This document shows, in pieces, positions 11,685 through 22,710 of a stretch of 64,000 nt of DNA. The translations under genes and the position numbers were made by a program. The DNA is taken from NCBI GenBank assembly GCA_963849325.1, contig CAWKHF010000005.1:640001-704000 (forward strand). Reading direction: 5' to 3'. The notes beneath the pieces are model-generated. The model was not told the origin of the DNA. It did not search any database and was given only the letters and a program-made list of their open reading frames with translations. Each line of letters opens with the position of its first letter. Positions within the stretch are counted from its first letter, which is position 1. The stretch is from an uncultured Planctomycetota bacterium (GTDB lineage Bacteria > Planctomycetota > Planctomycetia > Gemmatales > Gemmataceae).

Positions 11685-13847
11685 CCGTGCCTGGCCCGTC
11701 AGCACGAGACCTCCAAGGACCGTGTGCGAATCCCCATGCCCCTGTCCTGGATCGTCGCACGGTCTTGCGGACGGCAGCCGCGGCCGGCCTGGGGGTCATC
11801 CTCCCTGTCCCGGCGCTCGGCCGGGACGACAGCGACCGGTCGGCCGTGTTGACCTACCTCGCCCGGCTGGCCCGCCCCGATGGCGGATACGCCTGGTGGG
11901 AAGATCAGTCCCGGTCCCACCTCACGCCGACCTTCGCCGCGGTCGGCTGTTACCGATTGCTCAAGCACGATCCGCCGAACAAGGCCAAACTCGCGGAATT
12001 TATCCGCACTCATCATCCCTTCCGCATCAAGAAATTGGAGCGCGACCTCCGCGTTTTCGAGTGGCAGCAGATTCAAAGTCTGCTCTGGCTCGAAGAGGAC
12101 GTGTCCGCCTTCCGCGATCTCGTTCGCCGCTGGACGAAACCGACGATTTACCCTCGGCAATACGAGCAGCACGGCTATCCGGTCTTCCGCCTGGAATTGA
12201 CCGCCTTCACGTGTCGGACTCTGCTCGGGCTGCCGCACGATGACCTCGCGCCGACGTTTGTCGACTATCTGATGTCTCGCCGTCGGCCCAACGGCAGTTT
12301 CAACAATACGCCCGCGTCGGATGGCAGCGACGGGCACGCGATGAACACCTGGTGGGGCTTGCAGGCCATGCGCGCCCTGGGCCGCGAGGTGGAAAACCCG
12401 GAAAAAACCGTGACGTGGCTGCGGGACTGTCAACTCCCGAATGGGGGCTTCACTTACCAACCCCGGGCGAGTATCGGCGGCGTGGACGATGTGGCGTACA
12501 CGTGGGCGGCGGTGCGCGCGCTTGCGCAACTGAACAGCGCCCCGGCCGATCGGGAAGCATGTGTCCGCTATCTCGGTTCGCTCGCCAATGCGGATGGCGG
12601 GTTCGGCGACCGGCCCGGTTGGGCCAGCAACCCGATGGCGACGTACTACGCCCTCGATACGCTGAATGTCCTGGCCGCCGCGCCGCCTCCACACAGGCTC
12701 CCTCCGCGCCGTGGCCCCGCGTTCCCGCCGACTTGCAGGTGTTCACGCTGCAAATGGAAGCGCACGGACAGGGCAGTCCGGCCGAGGCGGTGGACCTGGC
12801 CCGCGCCTGCGCATCCACCTTTGGGGCGCCAAGAATGCCAAGCCGCAATGGATCGCGCATGCGCAAGCGTTGGCCGACCGGCAGAAAGTGCCGGTGACCT
12901 TCTTCGTCGCCAACGAAGAGTACGGCACCTGGGTCCGCGTGCCCGGCATGGGAACGTACAGCCACACCAGCGACATCATGGCGCCGGCGGGGACCGACTT
13001 CGGCCCCTCGTTGGCCAACAAGGGGGTGGTGTCCTGGCCGGAGTTCGTCGCGCAGCGCCTCGCCCCGCTCCGCAAGGCGGATGGCCGGTTGGTCTGGCAA
13101 TTCGGAGAGAACGAGGAGCTGACGCGAATTTTCCTCGACGATTCGTTGCAGCACGGCGGCTTCGCGGCCATCAGCACGTTCCACTTCGGCAACCCGGACT
13201 TCACCAACAGCGAGCCGTTCTTGCAGCGCTACCGGCATCAGCTTCCGTTCCTCGCCTTGCAAGACGCGCACGGCGGCGAGCCGTGGTGGTTCGCGGACAT
13301 GACGACGGGTTTTCGCACCGTCTTCCTCGCCCGCGCGGCGACCTGGGACGAATGGCTGAACGCGCTGCGGCAAAACTGGGTGGTCGCCGTTCGTCACGAT
13401 GCCGTCAGCCAGCTCCAAACGTGGATGCACGGCGGCGTGCGCGAGGTGTTGGACTTCGTTCGCCGGCACGAGCGCGACTGGCGCTGGTGGGACAACCCGG
13501 CGATTCAGCGTCCCCTCGTGTCCATCGTGGCCGTCCGGCCGAGCGATGAATTCGAGGCGGCGCGACCGGACAAAGGGGTCATGATTCGCGTCCGCTGCGC
13601 CTGGGAAAACACCACGCAAGGGCTTCCCCGCAAGCCGATCGCGGAGCTGGTCCAGCTGATGGTGGACGGAAAGGTCGTCATGCCGAAACTCGTGGCGAAG
13701 AAACGACCGCGCGGCGACGCCTATGTGGACTACTCTCACCAGTTTCATCTGTCCGAGCCTGCGCCGGGGCGACATCAAGCCCGGGCGGTGGTTCGCACGC
13801 TCGAAACCAAGGAGGAATCGAGCCGGTCGATCGAATTCAACGTGTGA
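11681..13847 (+). CDS. Tat-exported prenyltransferase/squalene-oxidase-repeat protein with C-terminal putative PHP-like domain, frameshifted
   Basis: ATGA overlap with the sulfatase, AGGAGG RBS, LDRRTVL twin-Arg motif, repeated (Q/R)xxxGGF motifs; C-terminal EAH, NEEY, YSH and QDAHG residues. Confidence 0.7.
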
Positions 13848-13882
13848 AACGGACAGGTATTACTGGGTCAAGAAAAATCCTT

Positions 13883-13984
13883 AACCACGGATAACACGGA
13901 TAAGAAAAGCAGAGATGCAGCGTCCTTTCTACCGCCGGTATTTTCCTATCCGTGTTATCCGATTTATCCGTGTTATCCGTGGTT
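13883..13984. repeat. MITE-like inverted repeat, family E (ACCACGGATAACACGGAT)
   Basis: Terminal inverted 9-bp-period repeats; copies at 29615-29723 and 38601-38679. Confidence 0.85.
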
Positions 13985-14060
13985 CTTGGGACGCGGTTCT
14001 TTCTTGTCGGAGTAAGGAATCCGTCATCCTCACCCGTCGCGCTAACATGACCGTTTTCCT

Positions 14061-14822
14061 ATGCCGATGTTTCACCCCAAGGGACCGACCTTCTACGAAC
14101 TGGCGGTGCAAGCCTTATCCTCGACGCAGCGCGGCTACGATCTGCTGGCGCCGAAGTTCGATTATACTCCGTTCCGCACGCCGCAGGGACTTCTCGATGC
14201 CGTGGGTATGCAACTGAAAGCGCTCGGACCCTTCGGCGCCGGGCTGGACCTGTGCTGCGGCACCGGAGCGGCGATGGCCATGCTGCGGCCGCACTGCCGC
14301 GAGCGCGTCGTCGGCATCGATTTCAGCCAGGGCATGTTGGAGGTCGGCCGGCAGCGTCTCGCCGACGCGGCCGGCGCCGCCCGCCTGGAGTTCGTCCGCG
14401 GCGACGTCCTGGCCATGCCGTTCGAGTCGGCCTTCGATGTTGCCGTCTCCTTCGGCGCCTTCGGACACATTCTGGAGAAGGACGAGCCGCGTTTCGTCGG
14501 CGAGATCGCTCGCGTGCTGAAGCCGGGCGGGCGGTTTCTCTTCATCACCACGTACATGCCGCCGGCGACCTCGCCCCATTACTGGGCGTCCCATCTGTTC
14601 AACGCGGCCATGCGCGTTCGTAACTTCCTCGTCTCGCCGCCGTTCATCATGTATTACCTGACGTTCCTGCTGCCGCGGGTGGAGAAACTGTTGCGGCGGC
14701 AGGGGCTGGACGTGGAAGTGCGCGACATGGGGTTTCCGGGAATATGGTCGGCCGCTCGACTGGTCCTCGCCACGCGACCGACAGCGGACGCATGGCCGGC
14801 GCGGACGCAGCGATTACAATGA
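14061..14822 (+). CDS. Class I SAM-dependent methyltransferase
   Basis: LDLCCGTG, VGIDFSQGML, RVLKPGGRF. Confidence 0.9.
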   Translation: MPMFHPKGPTFYELAVQALSSTQRGYDLLAPKFDYTPFRTPQGLLDAVGMQLKALGPFGAGLDLCCGTGAAMAMLRPHCRERVVGIDFSQGMLEVGRQRLADAAGAARLEFVRGDVLAMPFESAFDVAVSFGAFGHILEKDEPRFVGEIARVLKPGGRFLFITTYMPPATSPHYWASHLFNAAMRVRNFLVSPPFIMYYLTFLLPRVEKLLRRQGLDVEVRDMGFPGIWSAARLVLATRPTADAWPARTQRLQ

Positions 14823-14859
14823 CGGCGGGTCCGACCTTTCCCCATGCCGAGGGAATGCC

Positions 14860-16113
14860 ATGAAACCCATGTGGGCGTGCGCTGGCCTGGTAGGGTTGAT
14901 CGCCGTGACGGCGCTGCCCGCGGACGACTGGCCGGCCTGGCGCGGCCGCCACGGCGACGGCCATTCCTCCGACAAGGCTCCGCCGCTGCGCTGGAGCCGA
15001 ACCGAGAACGTCCGCTGGAAGACGGCCCTTCCCGAACCGGGCAACTCCTCGCCGATCGTCTGGAAAGACCGTGTTTTTCTCACGCAAGCCCTGGAGGCAG
15101 GCCGACGCCGGGCTGTCCTGTGCCTGGATCGCGCCACGGGCAAACTCCTCTGGCAGCGCGAGACCGTCTACACCGAGAAGGAACCCACGCACGAGACCAA
15201 TCCGTATTGCTCGGCGACCCCCGTCACCGATGGCACGCACGTCATCGCCAGCCTCGGCTCGGCCGGCCTGGTTTGCTACAACTTCGCCGGCAAGGAACTG
15301 TGGCGCAAAGACCTCGGCAAGCTGGAGCACATCTGGGGTAATGGCTCCTCGCCGATCCTGTACGGCGACCTTGTCATCCTGTGGTGCGGGCCGGGTCCGC
15401 GCCAGTTTCTGCTGGCGGTGAAGAAGATCAACGGGGAGACGGTGTGGCGGCACGAGGAACCCGGCGGCAAGTCCGGCAGCGGCGGCAGCAAGGAATGGCT
15501 CGGTTCCTGGGCCACGCCCCTTCAGGTCCGGGTGGGCGATCATGACGAGCTGATCGTTCCCGTGCCGAGGAAGGTGAAGGGCTTCGATCCGAAAACCGGC
15601 ACCGAGTTATGGTCGTGCGGCGGATTGGGCGATCTGATTTATGCCTCGCCGGTGTGCTCGGCGGACGGCATCGTCGTCGTCGTGTCCGGCTTCCACGGGC
15701 CGGCGTTGGCCGTCCGCGCCGGCGGCACGGGCGACGTGACGGCGACACGCCGTCTCTGGCATCACCCCCAGCGCAATCCCCAGCGCATCGGCTCGCCGAT
15801 TTTCGTCGGCGGATACGTGTATTTGCTCAACGAGTCGGGGGTGGGGCAATGCTTCGACGGGACGACGGGCGCGGACGTGTGGAATAATCAGCGGGTCGGC
15901 GGCGATTCCTGGAGTTCGCCGGGGTACGCGGCGGGCCGACTGTACATCAACACTCGGGCCGGCGATACGCTCGTTCTGTCAGCCCGCCCTAAGTACGAGT
16001 TGCTGGCCCGCAACAGCCTGGGCGAGCGTGTACTGTCCTCGCCCGCCTTGGCCGACGGCGAACTCTTTATCCGATCGTACAAGCATTTGTGGTGCCTTGG
16101 CGACGGGAAGTGA
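14860..16113 (+). CDS. PQQ-binding-like beta-propeller protein (planctomycete BamB-like family)
   Basis: Signal peptide, DDWPAWRG, NVRWKTALPEPGNSSP, repeated D..TG..LW. Confidence 0.88.
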   Translation: MKPMWACAGLVGLIAVTALPADDWPAWRGRHGDGHSSDKAPPLRWSRTENVRWKTALPEPGNSSPIVWKDRVFLTQALEAGRRRAVLCLDRATGKLLWQRETVYTEKEPTHETNPYCSATPVTDGTHVIASLGSAGLVCYNFAGKELWRKDLGKLEHIWGNGSSPILYGDLVILWCGPGPRQFLLAVKKINGETVWRHEEPGGKSGSGGSKEWLGSWATPLQVRVGDHDELIVPVPRKVKGFDPKTGTELWSCGGLGDLIYASPVCSADGIVVVVSGFHGPALAVRAGGTGDVTATRRLWHHPQRNPQRIGSPIFVGGYVYLLNESGVGQCFDGTTGADVWNNQRVGGDSWSSPGYAAGRLYINTRAGDTLVLSARPKYELLARNSLGERVLSSPALADGELFIRSYKHLWCLGDGK

Positions 16114-16331
16114 GGCGACGGTCTCCGGGGCGGCGAACCCCAGGTGACGGGCAAAGCGGCGCTGGCGATGGCCGGCGTACCAGGTGCGGCGAGCCTGGTC
16201 TCGCGTTCGTCGAGTTCGTGTCGCGTCCATGAAAAGCTCCCGTACCGAAGGTGAAGGACCGTTGTCAATCCCGTTTCGCTCCGACACTCCATCTACGTCC
16301 CCGCCGCGAAAGTGTGACCGAAAGACCCTCC

Positions 16332-19295
16332 ATGAGCGCCGTCCCTCTGCCAGTATTGCGGCCAGGCCGCGTGGACGTGGCCGGTCTGCAAGCGGCCCTG
16401 ACCGTCCGCGTCGGCGGCGAAGTCCGCTTCGACCGTCTCAGTCGCGCCCTGTATTCCACCGACGCCAGCGTCTACCAAATTGTGCCGCTCGGCGTCGTCC
16501 TGCCGAAAACGCCTGCCGATGTCGAGGCGGTTGTGAAGACGTGCGCTCGCTTCAGCGTACCGCTGACGGCTCGCGGCGGCGGCACCTCGCAGGCCGGGCA
16601 GTGCATCGGGCCGGGCGTCGTGCTCGATTGCTCGCGCCATTTCAACCGCGTCCTGGAGGTCAACGCCGCCGAGCGCTGGGCGCGGGTCGAACCCGGCTGT
16701 GTCCTGGACGAACTCAATCGCGAACTGCAACCGTTGGGCCTGCACTTCCCGCTCGACATTTCCACGTCCGACCGTGCCACCATCGGCGGCATGATCGCCA
16801 ACAATTCGTCCGGCACTCATTCGCTCGTCTACGGCAAGACCCTCGATCACGTCCTCGAACTCCGCGCCGTCCTCGCCGACGGACAGGCCGTCCACCTGCG
16901 CGCGCTGAACCGGGACGAACTGGAGGAGAAATGTCTTCAACCGGATCGGGAGGGGGAATGTTACCGCGTCGTGCGGCGCCTGGCGGCAGAGCACCGAGAG
17001 GAGATCGAACGCCGTTATCCGCGCATCCTCCGCCGCGTCGGCGGGTACAACCTCGATCGCTTCGTCATGGATCACCCCTTCAACCTGGCGCACCTGCTCG
17101 TCGGCTCCGAGGGAACGCTCGGCGTCACGCTGGAGGCACGGCTTCATCTGGAGCCGTTGCCGCAGGCAAAGGCCTTGCTCGTCATCCAGTTCGCCGACTT
17201 GCTCGAAGCCCTCGCCGCGACGCCCGCGATCCTCGCGCACCAACCGGCGGCGGTGGAAGTCATGGATCGATACGTCCTCGATGCCACTCGCCTGAACGCG
17301 GAAGCCGCCCGTCTGCGCGATTTCCTCGCCGGCGACCCCGGCGCCATCCTGATCGTTGAGTTCTACGCCGATCGCTTCGAGGATCTGCCCGCGCGTCTGG
17401 ACGCCCTGGAAACGGACCTGCACAGTCGCCGTCACGGCTATCACGCGCACCGCGCCGTCGATCCGTCCGCGCAGGCTCGCATCTGGAAGCTGCGGCGGCT
17501 GGCGCTGGGGTTATCGATGGCCGAGAAGGGCGACGCCAAGGCCATCTCCTTCGTCGAGGACACGGCGGTCGCGGCCGAGTATTTGCACGATTACATCGCC
17601 GAGTTCCTGACGGTCCTGCGGCGGCACGGCACGAAGGCCGGCGTCTACGCCCATGCGTCGGTCGGCTGTTTGCACGTCCGGCCGGTGATCGACCTGAAGA
17701 CGGAAGCCGGCGTCCAGCGTTTCGAGTCCATCGCCGCCGAGGTCGCCGATCTCGTCCTCCGCTACGGCGGCGCCCTGTCCGGCGAGCACGGCGACGGTCT
17801 GGTCCGCAGTCCGTTTCAAGAGAAGATGTACGGTCCCCAGCTCTACCAGGCGTTCCGGGAGATCAAGCGCGCCTTCGATCCGGCGAACCTCCTCAACCCC
17901 GGCAAGATCGTCGATGCTCCGCCGTTGTCGGCCAACCTGCGTTATGGGCCGCGTTACGTCACGCCGGAGGTGGCGACGACGTTCGATTTCACGGCTGACG
18001 GCGGCCTGGCGCGGGCGGCGGAATTGTGCGCCGGCGTCGGCGAGTGCCGCAAGACGCGCAGCGGGACCATGTGCCCCTCCTACCAGGCGACGCGCGACGA
18101 ACAGCACAGCACGCGCGGTCGGGCCAACGTCCTGCGCCTCGCCCTGACCGGCCAGGCCGGGCTGAATGGCCTGACGGATCCAGCCGTGCATGCCGCCCTG
18201 GACCTGTGCCTGGAGTGCAAGGCGTGCAAGAGCGAATGTCCGACCAACGTCGATGTCGCTCGCCTCAAGGCGGAGTTTCTGCACCACTATCACCGCCGGC
18301 ACGGTCTGCCCTGGCGCAACCGGCTCTTCGCTCACGTGGCCGAGGTCAGCCGCTGGGGCTGCCGCCTCGCCCCCGTGTCGAACTGGCTGGTCCGCAGTTT
18401 TCCTCTGCGCTGGCTCCACGATAAACTCTTTGGCATCGACCTTCGCCGGCTGCCGCCGGCCTTCGCGCGGCGAACGTTCGTCCAGCAATTCCACGCTCGG
18501 CGGCGCGAACGCGAGCCGGGATCGCCTGCCGACGTCCTGCTCTTGCCCGACACGTTCACGAATTATCACGAGCCGGAAATCGGGATGGCCGCCGTCGAGG
18601 TGCTCGAACGCGCCGGCTGCACCGTCACTCTCGATGTTCCCTCGGAACGCGGCCTCTCCAGATTGAGGTGCTGCGGTCGGCCGCTGATCTCCAATGGTCT
18701 GCTGGCGGAAGCCGTCGCTCATGCCGCGCACAACGTCGCACGCTTGTACTCGTGGGCGGCCGACGGCAAGCCCATCGTCGCTTGCGAGCCGAGCTGCATT
18801 CTCACCCTCCAGGACGATTATCCCGCCCTGCTGCGCGGCCGACTCCGCGACCAGGCCGAGACCGTCGCCGCCGCCTGCCGGACCTTCGAGGCGTTTCTGC
18901 AACAACGTCTCCAGCAGCGCGACAAGACCGATGGTCCCTTGCCGGCGTCGTGGCCCTCGGGACCGCGGCAAATCCTGGTGCAGCCGCATTGTCATCAGCG
19001 TTCGCTGACCGGCACGGCGGCGCTGCTGGCCCTACTGCGGCGCATTCCCGGCGCGGCCGTGGTGGATCTCGACGCTGGCTGCTGCGGTTTGGCCGGATCG
19101 TTCGGCTACGAGAAGGAACATTACGACGTGTCGCTGCACAGTCGCCGAGCAGCGGCTGTTGCCGGCCCTGCGGCAGCGCCGGCGGAGGCGGTGGTGGTCG
19201 CTCCCGGTTTCTCCTGCCGTATGCAGATCGCCCATTGCAGCGGCCGCACGGCCCTGCATCCGGCACAACTCCTCCACGGTCTCCGCTCTGTTTAG
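16332..19295 (+). CDS. FAD-linked oxidase / 4Fe-4S dicluster oxidoreductase (GlcD-GlcF fusion, YdiJ-like)
   Basis: RGGGTSQAGQ, GSEGTLG, SGEHGDG, CAGVGEC, CLECKAC, CCGR and CCGLAGSFG motifs. Confidence 0.9.
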   Translation: MSAVPLPVLRPGRVDVAGLQAALTVRVGGEVRFDRLSRALYSTDASVYQIVPLGVVLPKTPADVEAVVKTCARFSVPLTARGGGTSQAGQCIGPGVVLDCSRHFNRVLEVNAAERWARVEPGCVLDELNRELQPLGLHFPLDISTSDRATIGGMIANNSSGTHSLVYGKTLDHVLELRAVLADGQAVHLRALNRDELEEKCLQPDREGECYRVVRRLAAEHREEIERRYPRILRRVGGYNLDRFVMDHPFNLAHLLVGSEGTLGVTLEARLHLEPLPQAKALLVIQFADLLEALAATPAILAHQPAAVEVMDRYVLDATRLNAEAARLRDFLAGDPGAILIVEFYADRFEDLPARLDALETDLHSRRHGYHAHRAVDPSAQARIWKLRRLALGLSMAEKGDAKAISFVEDTAVAAEYLHDYIAEFLTVLRRHGTKAGVYAHASVGCLHVRPVIDLKTEAGVQRFESIAAEVADLVLRYGGALSGEHGDGLVRSPFQEKMYGPQLYQAFREIKRAFDPANLLNPGKIVDAPPLSANLRYGPRYVTPEVATTFDFTADGGLARAAELCAGVGECRKTRSGTMCPSYQATRDEQHSTRGRANVLRLALTGQAGLNGLTDPAVHAALDLCLECKACKSECPTNVDVARLKAEFLHHYHRRHGLPWRNRLFAHVAEVSRWGCRLAPVSNWLVRSFPLRWLHDKLFGIDLRRLPPAFARRTFVQQFHARRREREPGSPADVLLLPDTFTNYHEPEIGMAAVEVLERAGCTVTLDVPSERGLSRLRCCGRPLISNGLLAEAVAHAAHNVARLYSWAADGKPIVACEPSCILTLQDDYPALLRGRLRDQAETVAAACRTFEAFLQQRLQQRDKTDGPLPASWPSGPRQILVQPHCHQRSLTGTAALLALLRRIPGAAVVDLDAGCCGLAGSFGYEKEHYDVSLHSRRAAAVAGPAAAPAEAVVVAPGFSCRMQIAHCSGRTALHPAQLLHGLRSV

Positions 19296-19354
19296 CCGCG
19301 ACGCGCAGCGGAGCGCGGGTCTGTCCCGCGCTCCGCTGCGCGTCGCGGCTAAAC
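19290..19354. repeat. REPIN-like doublet, family A (supplies the TAG stop of the oxidase)
   Basis: GTTTAGCCGCGACG...CGTCGCGGCTAAAC. Confidence 0.9.
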
Positions 19355-19371
19355 GAGATATCGTTAGGGAC

Positions 19372-19848
19372 TCACTTCTTTTCCGGCTCTTCCCGCGGTG
19401 GGGGAAGCCGTTCGGGGGCCGTTTTCTTCTTTTCCGATTCCAGCCGCGGCGGAGGAAGCGGCTGGGGGGCCGTTTCCGTCGTTTTCTTCTTCTCCGGCGC
19501 TGGCGGCGGCTGATAGATGGAACTCGGCAGCCGACCGCCCAGGCCCGGATAATTGGCGACCGAGAATTGGAGCGGGTTGATCGCCGGACAGTGATACGGC
19601 ACGAAATAATCGGTCGGTGAGATGTCCGGGTGGATCTTCTGGGCGAAGATGTAGCGGCACGGACCCTGGCACCAGGCCGCCCAGCGATAGAAGGATGGCG
19701 TCAAGACGTGCAGGGCGCTGTAGTGCGTCGGCGGGCAATCGCATGGCTGCATCACGTTGACGTAAGGTCCGGCCTCGGTCCGCGACGGCAAACTCCAAAC
19801 CGCCGCCAGGAGAAATCCCGCCACCCATCTGCGACTGCTTCGCGTCAT
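19372..19848 (-). CDS. Secreted hypothetical protein with Cys-containing core and Pro/Lys/Glu-rich repeated tail
   Basis: Signal peptide; duplicated (P/S)EKKKT..P..LPPPR units. Confidence 0.6.
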   Translation of the reverse strand: MTRSSRRWVAGFLLAAVWSLPSRTEAGPYVNVMQPCDCPPTHYSALHVLTPSFYRWAAWCQGPCRYIFAQKIHPDISPTDYFVPYHCPAINPLQFSVANYPGLGGRLPSSIYQPPPAPEKKKTTETAPQPLPPPRLESEKKKTAPERLPPPREEPEKK

Positions 19849-20054
19849 GTCTGCTCCCTCTTCGCCGATTGGACTCCGTCCCGGTTCTCTTTATCTGACG
19901 TTGGGGTGGGCCGACTGTGGCGGATGGGCCGCGATTCCGGCGGCCGCGGCCGTCGTCGCCGTTACAGGCCGCATCCTTGACGGTGGCCGGCAAACTCCGC
20001 GGACGCGAGCTATACTGGAGTAGATTTTTTCTCGCCAAGCGGGAGGAAACCATC

Positions 20055-20195
20055 GTGGATGAATTCACTCGTCCGATCGTGTACTTGTGGGATTGGATCG
20101 ACCGCACCGGGGGCTTTCCCGGCAAGGTATTCTGCCTGTCGGCCCTCGCCATGCTGCTGGTCGGCGTTCTGACCTGGTTCAGCAACAAACGCTGA
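20055..20195 (+). CDS. Small (46 aa) single-TM membrane protein
   Basis: GGAGG RBS, GTG start, hydrophobic C-terminal helix; TATACT upstream at 20011. Confidence 0.55.
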   Translation: MDEFTRPIVYLWDWIDRTGGFPGKVFCLSALAMLLVGVLTWFSNKR

Positions 20196-20337
20196 TGCCT
20201 CAAGTGAAGGTCTCTCTTCGCTTACGCTTCAGGCTCGGATAGACTCCGCCCTGAATCCTCCTCCGCCAACCGCGCATCCAACCCCGCGAAATCGGGTCTG
20301 GATTCCGAAGGACGAACCACGCTCCCCAAGGACGACC

Positions 20338-21526
20338 GTGCTGACTCCGATGGCTCCCCGCGCGCCGCGCTATCCCAGCCTGGACCTGTGGCGAGGCATC
20401 GCCTGCCTCATGGTCGTGGTCTTCCATTCCTGCTTCTACCTGGAAGCCGAGGACAACGTCCCGTTTCTGCTGGCGCACCTGTGGGTCGGAGTGCCGCTGT
20501 TTTTTGTCATCAGCGGTTATTGCATCTCGGCCACCGCCGATTCGACGCGCCGCAAAGGCGCCGGCGTACTCGACTACTTTCGCCGCCGTCTGCGGCGCAT
20601 CTTTCCGCCTTACTGGGCCTGCCTCGGGCTGAGCGTGGCCGCCGTCGCCCTGGCCGGAGGCGCTCGGGTCCGGCTGGCTGTTCGAGGCACCTCATCCCAT
20701 CCCGGACAACTCGACCATCACGGCCGTCAAGTGGCTGGGCAACCTCACGCTCACGGAATCGTGGCGTCCGCATGTCGCCGGCAGCAGCCCGGCCTGGTTC
20801 CTGGGGCACGCCTGGTCCCTGGCGTTCGAGGAGCAATTCTACGCCGTTTGCGGCCTGCTCCTGCTGCTGTGTCCGCGGCGCTTCTTTGCCGGAGTCGGCG
20901 TCGTCACGCTCCTCACCCTGGCCCTGGCCGGGCTGCACTTCGGGTCCACGCACGTCAACCTGCTGGGCCTGTTCGTGGACGGCCACTGGCTCCTCTTCGC
21001 CGCCGGAGTCGCCGTCTACTACCAGCTCAATTACGCACGCCCGTGGACCGGCCGCGCCCTGACGCTGCTGTTGGCCGTCGGGTTCGGCGCCGCCTCGGTC
21101 CTGCTGGGGTGGCCGGCCGCTTCCTCTCGGTTGTCGCGGCCGATCGGCCTGTTCGCCGAGGAGTGCGTGGTGGCGTTCGCTTTCGCCCTGCTCCTGCCGA
21201 TCCTGCGCCCGCTCGATGAACCGCTGCACCAGGGGCGACTGGCCCGTCCGCTGGTATGGTGCGGGACCATGTGCTATAGTCTTTACCTGGTCCACTGGCC
21301 GGTGGTAAAAGTCCTCAGTCACGCTCTGTACGCGGGCGGCGTCCGCGGTCTCGGGCCGACGTTGCTGATCATCGTGCCGGTCTGCGTGGCGGCTTCGCTG
21401 CTCGCCGGACGCTTGTTCTACCGGCTCGTCGAACGTCGATTCCTCAACCCGCCGCAAACCCTCGCGGCCCAGACTCCCACCCAGGGGACGACCGTTGCCG
21501 GAACGCCGCATCCCCGAATTGCCTGA
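20338..21526 (+). CDS. Acyltransferase-3 (OafA/YrhL) family membrane acyltransferase, frameshifted
   Basis: SLDLWRGIACLMVVVFH, FFVISGY, RRLRRIFPPYW, WSLAFEEQFY, CYSLYLVHWP. Confidence 0.9.
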
Positions 21527-21845
21527 ACAGCTTGCCTTTTCTATCCATCTTTCCTATTTTTCCTTAGTTATTGTTTTTTGTTTGACATCGCGGAAAAGAA
21601 AGGTCAACATGACCCCTTGATCTAGGGATCGTCGAACGGGACAAGGCTGCATAACAGGACGTTCCCTGTCGTCCGTTCCGTCACACTTTCGTTTCGGACC
21701 CTGACCTCGACAACGTACTCCGCCTAGAAGGAAGGATCCTTGGGCCTTCGAGTCCTGGATCGTTGCGGTGTTTTTTCGCCAGAGCGTCCCTTCCGGGGCG
21801 TCAAGCGTTCTGTGTCACGTAGGACACTGTTTGGGGACAGAGCCA

Positions 21846-22451
21846 ATGATGCTTCTGGAGTACTGGTCGAATATCGCCGATCGCGCCCCTGCGGTTCGGA
21901 CCGCGGCGGGATCGGAGGGGATCATGCCCACGACGGCCGAGGGCGTCTTCTACGCCTACGCACCGCGCGTCTACGGCGTCGCTCGCCGCATGTTGGGCAA
22001 CGACGTGGATGCCGAAGACGTCACCCAGGACGTCCTGCTGCAGGTCGTCCGCAAGCTCGATACCTTCCGCGGCGAGTCCGGCCTGACCACTTGGCTGTAC
22101 CGGGTCACGGTCAATGCCGCCCTGCTGCATCGCCGCCGACAGGGCCGCCGACGGGAGCGCCCGACCGGCACCCCACTGGAAGCCCTCTGGGCCGAGGCCG
22201 AGAACCATCGTAGCTCCCGGACCCCCGCCGCCCCCGACCAGCGGGCGCTGCAACGCGAGACGCGCGAACTGATCGACCGGGCCATCGCGCGGCTGCCGCT
22301 GCTGTACCGGGAGGTCTACGTGCTGGCCGACGTCGAGGGACTGAGTAACGCGGACATCGGCAAGCGGCTGGGGCTGGGAGTGCCGGCGGTCAAGAGCCGA
22401 CTGCATCGCGCCCGCCTGATGATGCGCGAAACCCTCGCCCCCGACTTCTGA
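21846..22451 (+). CDS. ECF (sigma-70 group 4) RNA polymerase sigma factor
   Basis: DAEDVTQDV, TTWLYRVTVN, VKSRLHRAR; start could be 21924. Confidence 0.9.
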   Translation: MMLLEYWSNIADRAPAVRTAAGSEGIMPTTAEGVFYAYAPRVYGVARRMLGNDVDAEDVTQDVLLQVVRKLDTFRGESGLTTWLYRVTVNAALLHRRRQGRRRERPTGTPLEALWAEAENHRSSRTPAAPDQRALQRETRELIDRAIARLPLLYREVYVLADVEGLSNADIGKRLGLGVPAVKSRLHRARLMMRETLAPDF

Positions 22452-22464
22452 GACTCGGTTCCCC

Positions 22465-22517
22465 AAGCCGCTTGCGGCTTCGCGTTGGTCGCGGTCACGC
22501 GAAGCGGCAAGCGGCTT
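22465..22517. repeat. Palindromic repeat, family C (AAGCCGCTxGCGGCTT)
   Basis: Inverted pair of short hairpins; related copy at 40342-40395. Confidence 0.75.
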
Positions 22518-22710
22518 CCGGTCTTGTTCTCTATCCGCCGCGTATCCTATAATTAATGAGGTAGAGGTGGACGAGCGGCTGGCGGCGGTCACGATCGTGT
22601 TCGCCTTCCCGTAACCCCCACGCAGCCTCCTTTCTCCCTTCGGCACCCTTCGTCCTTTTGCACGGTGCATGCGGGCCTCGTCCACGACGATAACCTGCGG
22701 GGATGTCAAC

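Noticed and set aside
10403-13549. 1048-aa sulfatase-prenyltransferase fusion ORF
   Set aside because: Artefact of an indel near 11610; the true sulfatase stop (11682-11684) overlaps a new ATG with its own RBS and Tat signal.
21735-21765. tRNA-like T-loop (TTCGAGTCC)
   Set aside because: No GGTTC consensus, acceptor stem or cloverleaf could be built.
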